Shown: positions 15,300-24,706, counted from the first letter of the stretch. The stretch: 44,505 nucleotides of DNA from a virus (IMGVR_UViG_3300048574_000139:1-44505); one strand, 5' to 3'. Numbers and translations: made by a program. Notes: generated by a model from the sequence alone, not told the origin.

Positions 15300-16484
15300 G
15301 TGGCGCGACCGTATCACAAGAACCCGCGGCAGATAACCGCCAAGCAATACGAGGCGCTTGCTATCGACCTCGCAGAGTTGGGCGACCTGGGCGGCATTGT
15401 CCACGACCTGAACAGCGATGAAATTATCGGCGGCAACCAGCGCAGTCGCGTGTTTGACCTGAACGCCTGCGACGTGGTGCTTACCGACATACTGCCGGAA
15501 TCGGATGCGCAGGGCACGGTGGCGCATGGGTATGTACTGTGGAAGGGCAGCAAGTACGCTTACCGGCAAGTGCGATGGACGCCGCGCCAGTGTGAGCGCG
15601 CCAACGTGGTAGCGAACAAGCGCGGCGGTACGTGGGATTTTGACATCCTAGCCAACCAGTTCGAGGCCGATGACCTGCTTGCCTGGGGCTTTGAGCCGTT
15701 CGAGTTGGGCATAGACGAAACGAAGGAAACGACCGGCGACACTGAGCCGCAGATAGACCGCGCCGAGGAATTGCGCGAGCGGTGGGGAGTGCAGGCGAGC
15801 CAATTGTGGGGTCTGGGCGAGCATCGGCTGATATGCGGCGATTGCACCGACGCGGCGATGGTGGCGCGGGTGGTGGGCGGGGAGAAGTGCCCAACATTGT
15901 TTTTTGACCCACCGTGGGATATAGAGGCGACCGCGCCAACTGGATTTGATTCAGCGTTAGCATTTGGTGATGGCTCCACGCTAGGGGCCATTGTGCGGCA
16001 GTTCGGCGCGCCTGCGTGGTTGTTTGCCTGGGATTGCGTATCGAGTTGGTATACACCTAACCGCCCATTGCGACGCATGAAACTATGCGCTTGGTATGGC
16101 GACATTGCACGTTACAATTTTGATGGTTGGCATTATGGCGACGCGGGAGAGGCGCGCACGGTTTGGAATACTCGCGGCGAATACACGTTTACGCCTGACC
16201 CACGCGGCAAACACTTGGCGGACGTTTTTAGTGAACCAATTACCAAGTTGCACGCCGAGTCTGAACATAGCCACAGCAAGCCGCTAAATTGGGTGTCACT
16301 GCTGATTGCCAACTGCACGGAGGGGGATGTATACGATCCGTATGCGGGCAGTGGAACGGCGCTGATTGCTTGTGAGAATCTGGGCCGCAAGTGCCGCGCC
16401 GTCGAAATCTCACCCGCCTATGTCGCCGTGGCGTTGCAGCGTTGGGCCGACCATACTGGCCAAACACCCGTTCTAGTTGAGTAA
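15300..16484 (+). CDS. ParB-like N-domain fused to amino (N4/N6) DNA methyltransferase, beta class
   Basis: PYHKNPR...IIGGNQR (ParB-like), HRLICGD, catalytic DPPW and SAM-binding DPYAGSGT. Confidence 0.88.
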   Translation: MARPYHKNPRQITAKQYEALAIDLAELGDLGGIVHDLNSDEIIGGNQRSRVFDLNACDVVLTDILPESDAQGTVAHGYVLWKGSKYAYRQVRWTPRQCERANVVANKRGGTWDFDILANQFEADDLLAWGFEPFELGIDETKETTGDTEPQIDRAEELRERWGVQASQLWGLGEHRLICGDCTDAAMVARVVGGEKCPTLFFDPPWDIEATAPTGFDSALAFGDGSTLGAIVRQFGAPAWLFAWDCVSSWYTPNRPLRRMKLCAWYGDIARYNFDGWHYGDAGEARTVWNTRGEYTFTPDPRGKHLADVFSEPITKLHAESEHSHSKPLNWVSLLIANCTEGDVYDPYAGSGTALIACENLGRKCRAVEISPAYVAVALQRWADHTGQTPVLVE

Positions 16485-16493
16485 TTTACATAA

Positions 16494-16853
16494 ATGGGTA
16501 ACGGCTACACCGCACAGCAATTTATAGACGCCATCCCCGGCACAGGCGGCATTATCAGCGCCATTGCGCGCAAGGTCGGCTGTGACTGGTACACCGTGCA
16601 GCGGTGGATCGACAAGGCCGCAACCGTGCGCGCCGCCTATGACGCCGAGTGCGAGGCCATGCTAGACCTTGCCGAATCGACGGTACTCAAGGCGATCAAG
16701 GACGGCGACACGTCAGACGCCAAGTGGTATCTGACCAAGAAGGGCAAGCGGCGCGGGTATGGTGACGCGCTGGAAGTGACGGGCGAGGGCGGCGGGCCGC
16801 TGCGTATCGAGTACGTCAACGACTGGCGCAGCGCGACGAGTGACAGCGAATGA
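16494..16853 (+). CDS. terS: Terminase small subunit (HTH)
   Basis: N-terminal HTH (ISAIARKVGCDWYTVQRW), KWYLTKKGKRRGY and EVTGEGGGPL tail. Coupled to TerL. Confidence 0.75.
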   Translation: MGNGYTAQQFIDAIPGTGGIISAIARKVGCDWYTVQRWIDKAATVRAAYDAECEAMLDLAESTVLKAIKDGDTSDAKWYLTKKGKRRGYGDALEVTGEGGGPLRIEYVNDWRSATSDSE

Positions 16854-18115
16854 GCGCGGCCCCGTCTGTGCGCCTTCCCTACCCCCACGCGGGGCAACAG
16901 ACCGTGCGGCGGCAGGCGCGGCGCTTCAACTGGCTGGCCGCTGGCCGGCGCTGGCGAAAAACGACGCTCGCCATGAGCATCAGCGTAGAGGGCGCGGCGG
17001 CGGGTCGCACGGTCATTTGGGGCGCGCCGACCTATAACCAGGTGCGGATCGGCATGGATGAAACATACAAGGCGGCGGGCGGCGTGGCGGACTTCAACCT
17101 GTCGCGCATGGAAGTCGCCTTCCCACGCGGCGGGCGCATCCTGTTTCGCAGCCTCGACAATCCCGACAATGCCCGCGGCCTGACCGCGGACGGGATCGTG
17201 CTGGATGAATCCGCCGACGTGAAAGCGGCGGCGTGGTACGAAGTGCTGCGCCCGATGCTGATTGATACCGGCGGTTGGTTGTGGTCAATCGGTACGCCAA
17301 AAGGCCGTAACTGGTGGTGGGTGGAGCACCAGGCCGCCGCTGATCGTCCCGACGCCATCGCCTGGCAGGTTCCTACGCTGGGCGTGGCCGTAGCAGACGG
17401 GCAGCTTGTCCGCGCCGTGCACCCGCTGGAAAACGGCGCGATTCCGTTTGTGGAAATTGAACGCCTTTACGCCACCATGTCCGAACGCGTGTTCTTGCAG
17501 GAAATCCTCGCGCAGTTTGTCGAGGATGGTGGCGGCGTCTTTCGCGGGGTGCGCAAGGCGGCGACCGCTAAGGAACAGGAGCGCGCCCTGCGCGGGCATG
17601 TCTACCTGGCCGGCCTGGACTTCGGGCGGCAGAATGACTTCACTGTAATGACCGTGCTCGACACCCTTACCAACGAAATCGTAGCGATGGACAGGTTCAA
17701 CCAGATTGATTACCACATCCAGACGGGGCGCATTGCAGCGTTGGCGCAGCGGTTCCAGCCCGCGGCTATCGTGGCGGAATCCAACAGCATCGGCGTCCCC
17801 ATGATTGAACAGCTAACGCGCCTGGGCCTGCCGATTGTGCCATTTACGACCACCAGCGCCAGCAAACAGATTGCTATCGACGCGTTGGCGCTGGCCTTTG
17901 AGCGCGAACAGTTGCGCATCCTGCCCGACCCGACGCTGATTGCGGAACTGGAAGCCTACGAGATGGAACGGCTACCGTCGGGGATGCTGCGCTACAGTGC
18001 GCCGGACGGGATGCACGACGATACCGTTATGGCCCTGGCGCTCACCTGGTACGGAGCGGTGCGCGGCGGCGCGCCGTATGATGCTTTGGCGCGACAATTC
18101 GACTACTTGGGATAA
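16850..18115 (+). CDS. terL: Terminase large subunit
   Basis: PHAGQ, Walker A AGRRWRKT, Walker B LDESA, IGTPKG, nuclease GLDFG...D and HDDTVMALAL. Confidence 0.95.
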   Translation: MSAAPSVRLPYPHAGQQTVRRQARRFNWLAAGRRWRKTTLAMSISVEGAAAGRTVIWGAPTYNQVRIGMDETYKAAGGVADFNLSRMEVAFPRGGRILFRSLDNPDNARGLTADGIVLDESADVKAAAWYEVLRPMLIDTGGWLWSIGTPKGRNWWWVEHQAAADRPDAIAWQVPTLGVAVADGQLVRAVHPLENGAIPFVEIERLYATMSERVFLQEILAQFVEDGGGVFRGVRKAATAKEQERALRGHVYLAGLDFGRQNDFTVMTVLDTLTNEIVAMDRFNQIDYHIQTGRIAALAQRFQPAAIVAESNSIGVPMIEQLTRLGLPIVPFTTTSASKQIAIDALALAFEREQLRILPDPTLIAELEAYEMERLPSGMLRYSAPDGMHDDTVMALALTWYGAVRGGAPYDALARQFDYLG

Positions 18116-18128
18116 CTTGGGATAACGC

Positions 18129-19673
18129 ATGGACACATGGGGGCGGCTGACAATGGCAACGAGGGCGGCTTGGGGGACATTCCGGCGCGTGTACGGCGAC
18201 CCTGGCGCGGCGGCCAGTACGGGCGCGGCGGCTGACCGGCTGGCGCACTACCAACTGTTGTGGGCCTACTACAACAACAGCGCCTTTGGCGACCTGGGCG
18301 CGTGGCTGCTCTACCGGCAGCAGCACGGCTTATATCGCGGCGTCCGGCCTATCTACAACCCGACGCGCCGCCTGGTTGACTTCTACGCTGGCGTCATCTA
18401 CCAAGGTGAGTGGGCCATCGACCCCGCCCAGATGGTGCAAAAGACCGCGGCCATTCCCTGGGGCGAGCGCACGCCCGTTCCGCTCCTGGGCGCGGTGGCG
18501 CAGGTCTACCAGTGGTCGAACTGGCAGGCCAAAAAAGCCCTGATGCTGCGCTATGCCGCGGCCGCGGGCGATTGCCTCGTGACCGTGGTTGATGACCTGG
18601 AGCGCGCCAAGGTCTACCCCGATGTCATCTGGCCCGGCATCGTCACCGACATCCAGCTAGACCCGACCGGCAACGTCACCGCGTACACGCTGGAATACGA
18701 CGCCGCGACCTTGGACGCCGCGGGCAAACCGACCGAGCGCACCTACCGCTTTAAGCGCGAGGTGACGAAGGCGACGATCACCGAGTACGCAGACGACGCC
18801 GTGACCAGCCGCGCCGCCAACCCCTACGGCTTTGTCCCCGCCTGTTGGGTGCAACACTCGGCGGCGGGCGGGCAGCACGGCGAGCCGGCCCTGCGCGCCC
18901 TGGGCAAGGTGGACGAACTGAACGCACTGGCCGCCCACGCGCTTGACCAGGCGCACCGCGTCCTGGAAGCGCCGATCCTGCTTTCCGGCGACGGCATGGG
19001 CGGCAACCTGGAGCAACAGAGCAAAGCGCCGTCCGGCGTCTACCCTGGCCGCGTCATGCCGCAGCCGCAGCCGGAACGCGAGACGCTGAAGATCATCACC
19101 GCTCAGGCCGGCGCACACATTGAAGCCGTCACGCTCCCCCCTGGTGAGGCGTTGGAGCACATTGACCGCCTGCTGGCCGAAATCGAGCGCGACCATCCAG
19201 AGCTAGGCATGTACGCCAAGCTGCGCGAAATGTCCACCGTCACCGGCCCCGGCGCGGATCGCATGTTTGGCGACGTGGCTGCGCTGGTAGGTGAGGCGCG
19301 GGCGCAGTATGACCAGCAGACAACCAAGCTTTTCCAGATGTGCATTGCCATTGCCGGCTGGCGTGCGGCGTCGGGCGCGTGGGGCCTGCGCAGCCAACTG
19401 AGCAGCCAGCAGACCGCCTTTGCCGGCTTTGACCTTGACAGCTACGCCCGCGGCGACCTTGACCTGTCGATCCAGAGCCGCCCGCTGGTGCTGCCCAGCC
19501 CAGAGGACGAATTGCGCCTTGAGCAGATGCGCGCCGCCCTGGACGCGGACAAGGCCATGCGCGCCACAAGTGACGGCACGCCCGCGGGTGTGGCCGACCG
19601 GCTGCGCCAGGCGGTGAGCGGGCAGGTCGCGGCGGGTGCGCAGGGAACGGGCACAAGGGCGGTGACGGCATGA
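18129..19673 (+). CDS. Portal protein
   Basis: 514 aa directly after TerL, with NPYGFVP motif and a helical portal-like pattern. Confidence 0.85.
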   Translation: MDTWGRLTMATRAAWGTFRRVYGDPGAAASTGAAADRLAHYQLLWAYYNNSAFGDLGAWLLYRQQHGLYRGVRPIYNPTRRLVDFYAGVIYQGEWAIDPAQMVQKTAAIPWGERTPVPLLGAVAQVYQWSNWQAKKALMLRYAAAAGDCLVTVVDDLERAKVYPDVIWPGIVTDIQLDPTGNVTAYTLEYDAATLDAAGKPTERTYRFKREVTKATITEYADDAVTSRAANPYGFVPACWVQHSAAGGQHGEPALRALGKVDELNALAAHALDQAHRVLEAPILLSGDGMGGNLEQQSKAPSGVYPGRVMPQPQPERETLKIITAQAGAHIEAVTLPPGEALEHIDRLLAEIERDHPELGMYAKLREMSTVTGPGADRMFGDVAALVGEARAQYDQQTTKLFQMCIAIAGWRAASGAWGLRSQLSSQQTAFAGFDLDSYARGDLDLSIQSRPLVLPSPEDELRLEQMRAALDADKAMRATSDGTPAGVADRLRQAVSGQVAAGAQGTGTRAVTA

Positions 19674-19849
19674 CGGACACCGACCGCGTGGCAACGCAGG
19701 AACTACTGGCGGAAGTGCTGCGCCTGCGTGCGCGCAACCGCCAGCTAGAGGCCGAAAACGCCGCGCTGCAAGCCGCCTACACGCGCCGCACCCAGCTTGC
19801 CCTGGCCGCGGGGCTGGTGCGCTTTGTCGTGACGGGGGACGCGCCTTGA
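19670..19849 (+). CDS. 59-aa coiled-coil protein (not in ORF track)
   Basis: MTDTDRVATQELLAEVLRLRARNRQLEAEN..., with ATGA and TTGA overlaps with both neighbours. Confidence 0.65.
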   Translation: MTDTDRVATQELLAEVLRLRARNRQLEAENAALQAAYTRRTQLALAAGLVRFVVTGDAP

Positions 19850-20694
19850 CCGACGCACTGGAAGAACTCATCCAACTCCTGGCGCGCCTGGTGGCGGACG
19901 GAGACATCAGCGAAGCGCAAGCCGCGTCCATCCTCGCCTACTGGATGGACAGGCCCCTGGCCGAATTGCGCGCCGTGCTCCCCCTGGCCCTGGCGCAAGG
20001 CGTCGGCCCGCTGGAAGATGACGCCGATCCGTTGTGGCCGCCGCTCCTCCTGCCGGCGCGCACCGCGGGCGCGTCCGCCGCCGTGCGCCGCCGCCTGCTG
20101 GACAGGGCGCAGGACGAGCACGCGGCGAAAATGGCGTGGCTGTGCGCCGATTTGGAAGCGGGGCGCATCACCGTTAGCGAATGGCAGACCGCCGCGCGCC
20201 GCGCTAATGCCGCGCTGCTGGCCTTTGCCGTGCGCTTGGGCGGCGGGCCGGACACGGCGGCATTGCGGGCGCGTGTGGCCGAAATTGAGCGCGAACAGGC
20301 CGCATACCTACAACGCTTTGCCGACGGGGTGAGCGTGCGCCGGCTGGCCGCGCCGGTTGCGCAGGATGACGACGATAAGCCGATCCTCGTGCCTTGGGCG
20401 CTGGCCTACCTCGCGCGCCGGCTGGCGTCCTACAGCGGGGCGGGGCGGGGCGCGTTCTTCGTAGGCTTGGAGGGCGGCGCGGAAATGGGGCCGGGCTGGG
20501 TGGTGCACTACGAAGCGCGCGATGATGACCGCACCTGTTCAGCCTGCCGCGGCGCGGAGGGGTATTACCTGCCAGGACAAGGCCCCATGCCTGGCGACGT
20601 GTGCTTTGGCGGCGGCGCGTGCCGGTGTGCGCGCGTGGCCGTCTACGATCCGGCGCGCTACGCGCAGCTGGTAGGGGTGGGGGTGACGCCATGA
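19846..20694 (+). CDS. MuF-like minor head protein
   Basis: DDRTCSAC...PG.VC...CRC C-terminal motif, position after portal. Confidence 0.8.
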   Translation: MTDALEELIQLLARLVADGDISEAQAASILAYWMDRPLAELRAVLPLALAQGVGPLEDDADPLWPPLLLPARTAGASAAVRRRLLDRAQDEHAAKMAWLCADLEAGRITVSEWQTAARRANAALLAFAVRLGGGPDTAALRARVAEIEREQAAYLQRFADGVSVRRLAAPVAQDDDDKPILVPWALAYLARRLASYSGAGRGAFFVGLEGGAEMGPGWVVHYEARDDDRTCSACRGAEGYYLPGQGPMPGDVCFGGGACRCARVAVYDPARYAQLVGVGVTP

Positions 20695-20885
20695 CGGACT
20701 TTGCGGCGCAGGCGGTGACGGTTGTCGAGATTCGCGCACGGCGCGACCGCAACCGGCTGCTAGGCACATACGATCCGGAGCGCGGGCTGTTGCGCCTGTA
20801 TCACCGCGGCGAGACGGTGACGGTTGCGCTGCCCAGGCCATGCGTCCAGAGTGAACCTATTGACGCAAGGCGAAATGTAGAGTAA
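20691..20885 (+). CDS. 64-aa basic protein, possibly Com-like regulator lacking zinc ligands
   Basis: EIRARRDRNRLLG resembles Com IRCxxCNKLL. Sits directly upstream of the attenuator leader. Confidence 0.55.
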   Translation: MTDFAAQAVTVVEIRARRDRNRLLGTYDPERGLLRLYHRGETVTVALPRPCVQSEPIDARRNVE

Positions 20886-20888
20886 AAT
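20860..20888 (+). promoter_or_regulatory. Sigma70 promoter for the head-tail operon
   Basis: TTGACG-17bp-TAAAAT. Confidence 0.75.
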
Positions 20889-20906
20889 CAGGTTAACTAA
20901 ATCACA

Positions 20907-20968
20907 GCGCAACGAGCGCCGGTATTCCCGCAAACGCAATGAGCGTCGGGAGCACCGGCGTTTTTTTT
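20907..20968 (+). terminator. Leader terminator (attenuator) with twin CGCAAYGAGCGYC motifs
   Basis: Stem GCGCCGGT..TCCCG / CGGGA..ACCGGCGT followed by T8. Motifs at 20908-20920 and 20935-20947. Confidence 0.8.
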
Positions 20969-20995
20969 GTGCTTTGCCCCAGGAGGGCAACACCG

Positions 20996-21580
20996 ATGGC
21001 AAGCAACGTAGACCAGGCGTCTACCAACACCAACCCCGCGGAGGGCATGACGCCCGCCGCACCTGTAACCACGCCCGAAGGCGCGCCGCCCGAAGGCATC
21101 CCCGAAACCGTGGAAAGCCTGCCGGAATGGGCGCAAAAGCTGGTGCGCTCACTGCGCAAGGAAAATGAGAAGCGCCGGCAGGACGCCGACGCCGAACGCG
21201 CCAAGGCAGAGGAAGCGCGCCTGACCGAACAGCAGAAGTGGCAGGAGTTGGCCGCCAAGCGCGAGCAAGAGCGCGACGAACTCAAGCCCTACCGCGAACG
21301 CTACGAGGCACTAGCCAGCCAGCAGCGCGCTGCGCTCATGGCGGAGGTCGCCAAGTGGCCGGCAGAGGTCAAGGCGTTGCTCCCTGGCGAGGACGCGGAC
21401 GTGACCGTGCTGGGGGAAGCCGTGACCAAGGCCCGCGCGCTAGTGACGGCGCTGGCCGGCAAGACGGAGGCCGCGGCTGCGCATGGCAACCCGCCGCCGC
21501 CCGCCGGCAAGGCCGGCATGGGTGCGGATCGGGAAGCAAATCGCAAACTGAGCGCGGTGCACTTTTACCGCGATCTGTAA
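20996..21580 (+). CDS. Capsid scaffolding protein
   Basis: Disordered N-terminus, LPEWAQK..LRKENEKRR coiled coil, position before the capsid genes. AGGAGG SD. Confidence 0.85.
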   Translation: MASNVDQASTNTNPAEGMTPAAPVTTPEGAPPEGIPETVESLPEWAQKLVRSLRKENEKRRQDADAERAKAEEARLTEQQKWQELAAKREQERDELKPYRERYEALASQQRAALMAEVAKWPAEVKALLPGEDADVTVLGEAVTKARALVTALAGKTEAAAAHGNPPPPAGKAGMGADREANRKLSAVHFYRDL

Positions 21581-21595
21581 CAGGAGAACCAGACA

Positions 21596-22015
21596 ATGGC
21601 AAATGAAATTGCCCTGACAACGGCTGATCGGGTGGAGATTGTTGAAAGCGTCATCCAGATGACGCTGCCGACAGACGAGGCGATTACGGCGGGTATGGCC
21701 GTGCGCCTGAGCACCACGACCGGCAAATTTACCAAGGCCAACGGCACGGGCGCGGCGGAAGCGCGCGCCTGGGGCGTGGCGGTGCGTACGGCCCCCAGCG
21801 GCGGCGCACTGACGGCAATCCGCAAGGGCGTCATGGACGGTTGGGACTTGTCCGCGCTCGACTACGATGCGCCGGTGTACTTAAGCGACACCGACGGACG
21901 CCTGAGCACCGTGGCCGGCACGACTAGCGTCGTGATCGGGCGCGTGATTCCTGGCACGTCCACTACGCTGGGTACGGCCTTCGACAAGATGCTGAGTGTT
22001 GAGGTTGGAGGCTGA
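21596..22015 (+). CDS. Capsid cement/decoration protein (DUF2190-like)
   Basis: EAITAGMAV...GVA...PVYLSDTDGRL...VVIG small beta protein between scaffold and MCP. Confidence 0.75.
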   Translation: MANEIALTTADRVEIVESVIQMTLPTDEAITAGMAVRLSTTTGKFTKANGTGAAEARAWGVAVRTAPSGGALTAIRKGVMDGWDLSALDYDAPVYLSDTDGRLSTVAGTTSVVIGRVIPGTSTTLGTAFDKMLSVEVGG

Positions 22016-22017
22016 TC

Positions 22018-23088
22018 ATGGGAAACCAAGTTTTGTACGGTTTTACGAATCTCAAGGACGTGTTCTCGCAGCGTGTCGAGGATGTGGGCGTGCAAGTCAT
22101 CAACGACGCCATTGACGCGACCCTGGCCGAGCATAACAAGCAACTGAATGACCTCATGTCGCTCTTTGTGGACACCACCACGCAATACAAGGTGCGCTAC
22201 AAGACGCCGGGGGCCGCCAGTTTGCAGCCGATGGACGAAAGCGGGCGCGCCCGCCCGATCAAGGTGTCGGGCTACTATGACATCGCCTTTCCCCTCCAGA
22301 TGGGCGGCATTGCGTGGGGCAACACCTACCTCGCCAGCCAGAAGATGCTGGTTGAGGACGCCAACGCGACAATGGCGACCATCGTCACCGCCGACAAGCG
22401 TTGGATGCGCGACCGCATCATGGCCGCCATGCTGACCAACGTCAACTACACGTTTGCCGACCCCGCGCACGGCGACTTGACCGTCAAGCCCCTGGCGAAC
22501 GCGGACACGGACACCTACCTGATTCAGGCCGGCACGGACGCCGGCACGACCGATTCGCACTACCTGGCGCAGGCCGGCGCGATTGCGGACGCCTCCGACC
22601 CGTTCCCGACCATCTACACCGAACTGACCGAGCACCCCGAAAACAGCGGCGATGTGGTGGCCTTTGTGCCGACCTCGAACAAGGCCGCAGTCGAAGGGCT
22701 TTCGGGCTTCTACCCGACCGCGGATTCCAATCTGCAAATCGGCAGCGGTGCAACCGTTCTTTCGCGCACGCTCAACGTGACCATGCCCGGCCAGTTGTTT
22801 GGCTACCATGAATCCGGCGTCTGGCTGGCCGAATGGAAGGGCTTGCCCGCCAACTACCTGATCGCCACCATGACGGGCGGGCCGCGCCCTGTGGCGATGC
22901 GCGAGGAGCCGGAAGCATCCCTGCGCGGCTTCAACCGCGTGGCGGGGCGCGATAACTACCCGTTCTACGAGAGTCAATACCTGCGCATCGCCGGCTTTGG
23001 CATCCAGAACCGCGTGGGCGCGCTTGTGTACCGTGTCGGTGGAGCGCCATACGCGATCCCGACTAACTACACTGCACCGCTTGCGTAA
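22018..23088 (+). CDS. Major capsid protein
   Basis: 356 aa at the canonical position, with HK97-like size and composition. Confidence 0.85.
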   Translation: MGNQVLYGFTNLKDVFSQRVEDVGVQVINDAIDATLAEHNKQLNDLMSLFVDTTTQYKVRYKTPGAASLQPMDESGRARPIKVSGYYDIAFPLQMGGIAWGNTYLASQKMLVEDANATMATIVTADKRWMRDRIMAAMLTNVNYTFADPAHGDLTVKPLANADTDTYLIQAGTDAGTTDSHYLAQAGAIADASDPFPTIYTELTEHPENSGDVVAFVPTSNKAAVEGLSGFYPTADSNLQIGSGATVLSRTLNVTMPGQLFGYHESGVWLAEWKGLPANYLIATMTGGPRPVAMREEPEASLRGFNRVAGRDNYPFYESQYLRIAGFGIQNRVGALVYRVGGAPYAIPTNYTAPLA

Positions 23089-23838
23089 CTAGGGAATATG
23101 TGACCAGCTAAGACGACGGGCGATATGGTAAACGGTTGCAACAGTCACGCCAAAGCGGGAAGCCAGTTCACTAGCTGGAGTTCCAAGCGAATAGAGCGAC
23201 CGAATCTGAATAACATCAGGTTCGGTAAGCTTGGCGCGATGGCTGTATGCACCACGCTTTACCTTGCGTTCGGGGTCAGAAAGGGACTTGGGTTCATTTT
23301 CGGCAATAGCGTGTTTCCAGTTCTCGCCGGAGATGATTTTGCCAATAGCGCGACGTGTAACGCCGAACCGTTCGCCAAGCTGAACTTGGGTTATGCCGCC
23401 AGCCGCATACAGTTCGCGGATTTGACGGACTTGCTCAAACGTCAACTTGGAACCGTGTACGCTTTCGCCTTTTGCTGCACGTTCCGGATGGCGGTGCAAG
23501 CCATGCTTATCACCGCTAGCCGTGTTCAATCTGCCTTTGTCCTTACAATCCAGCGCGTTGTCCTTCACGCTGCCGGTAAAAAGGTGAAAAGGGTTGCAGC
23601 AAACAGGATTGTCGCAGCGATGGCAAACAAGGTGTTCGCCTGGGTCAATTCCATAGTGAAGGAAGTAAGCAACGCGATGGGCTTTCAGGTTGCATTTGTT
23701 GACCCTGAATTGTCCATAGCCGCCAGTGAATTGACTAGCCTTCCAAGGCCAACATTCATGCGGCTTGCTTCGGGCAACATGCGACCAAAAGCGCTCAATG
23801 TCGGTATCTGTGAAGTCGGGCATAGGTGTGAAGTGCAT
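23089..23838 (-). CDS. Free-standing HNH homing endonuclease with duplicated C-terminal HTH
   Basis: RFWSHV..CWPW..GYG..AHRVAY..VCHRCDNPVCCNPFHL..N..D and two KLT..V.QIR repeats. AAGGAG SD. Lower GC. Confidence 0.93.
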   Translation of the reverse strand: MHFTPMPDFTDTDIERFWSHVARSKPHECWPWKASQFTGGYGQFRVNKCNLKAHRVAYFLHYGIDPGEHLVCHRCDNPVCCNPFHLFTGSVKDNALDCKDKGRLNTASGDKHGLHRHPERAAKGESVHGSKLTFEQVRQIRELYAAGGITQVQLGERFGVTRRAIGKIISGENWKHAIAENEPKSLSDPERKVKRGAYSHRAKLTEPDVIQIRSLYSLGTPASELASRFGVTVATVYHIARRLSWSHIP

Positions 23839-23865
23839 CAGGTCTCCTTTCTGAATGTACTTCAA

Positions 23866-23894
23866 ATTATAGCACGATGGAACGGGAACGGCAA
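23866..23894 (-). promoter_or_regulatory. Sigma70 promoter of the HNH gene
   Basis: TTGCCG-17bp-TATAAT with extended TG. Confidence 0.75.
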
Positions 23895-23936
23895 ATACAG
23901 CGCAGTACCATCGTACTATCAAATGGAGGTTTGCGG

Positions 23937-24182
23937 ATGAAACCGCACGCGCAGGCAGTAAGAGAGGCGCAGGCATGGGATCGCATCCTCGGCGCGGTGA
24001 CGCGGCAGGCGCAGGCGGCGGGCGTCAAGACGGAAGGTCTTGACGCTACGCACCGCGACCCCAGCCTACAACGGCTGTTTCGCATGGAAGCGTTGGCCGC
24101 GCACCTGGAAGGCGTAGAGGCGGCGCAGGCCCCCAAGCCCGCGAAGGCGGAAGGCAAAGCGGAAGGCAAGGTGAGCAAATGA
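23937..24182 (+). CDS. Small hypothetical protein
   Basis: GGAGG SD before ATG 23937. Confidence 0.7.
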   Translation: MKPHAQAVREAQAWDRILGAVTRQAQAAGVKTEGLDATHRDPSLQRLFRMEALAAHLEGVEAAQAPKPAKAEGKAEGKVSK

Positions 24183-24706
24183 GACGTTTCCCGATCCTAG
24201 GCGCGCTGCTGTTGGCCGCCTTTCTGTTTACGCTTCTGTTCACCCCGTTGTCCGCACAGGTCAGGCAGCCGTTTGAATGGATTTACGCCAAACGGCTGAC
24301 GGTGGACACCAATGCCGCGGTTGGGGGCAACCTGACCGTAGCGGGCGGGACTAACCTGGTCGGCAACGTCACGACCGACGGCACGTTCTCGGCGGACGGC
24401 ACGATCACGACGCAGGGCGGCTTGATGCTGATTCCTGGCACGGCCATCAGCGTAACGGACGGCAGCACCATCACCCCGACCACGGCGATTCAGGAATTGA
24501 CCGCCGCGGGCAACGTGGGCGCTGGGCTGGCCGCGTGCGGTGACGGGCAGGTGCTTACGCTGGTCAACCTGTCCAACGTGACGATCACGATCACCGACAC
24601 GGGCAGCATCCGGCTCGCCGGCAACGCCGCGCTGGGGCAATGGGACAGCCTGACCGTGGTCGGCAGCGGCGTGACGTGCGTCGAAGTGGCGCGGGCGAAC
24701 AACTAG
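24179..24706 (+). CDS. Beta-rich head-fibre-like protein with predicted signal peptide
   Basis: MRRFPILGALLLAAFLFTLLFTPLSA|Q followed by G/T/V-rich beta repeats. Confidence 0.65.
   Translation: MRRFPILGALLLAAFLFTLLFTPLSAQVRQPFEWIYAKRLTVDTNAAVGGNLTVAGGTNLVGNVTTDGTFSADGTITTQGGLMLIPGTAISVTDGSTITPTTAIQELTAAGNVGAGLAACGDGQVLTLVNLSNVTITITDTGSIRLAGNAALGQWDSLTVVGSGVTCVEVARANN

Noticed and set aside
23089-23936. HNH as part of a group I intron in the capsid gene
   Set aside because: The MCP ends in its own stop before the insertion, and there is no room for an intron core.
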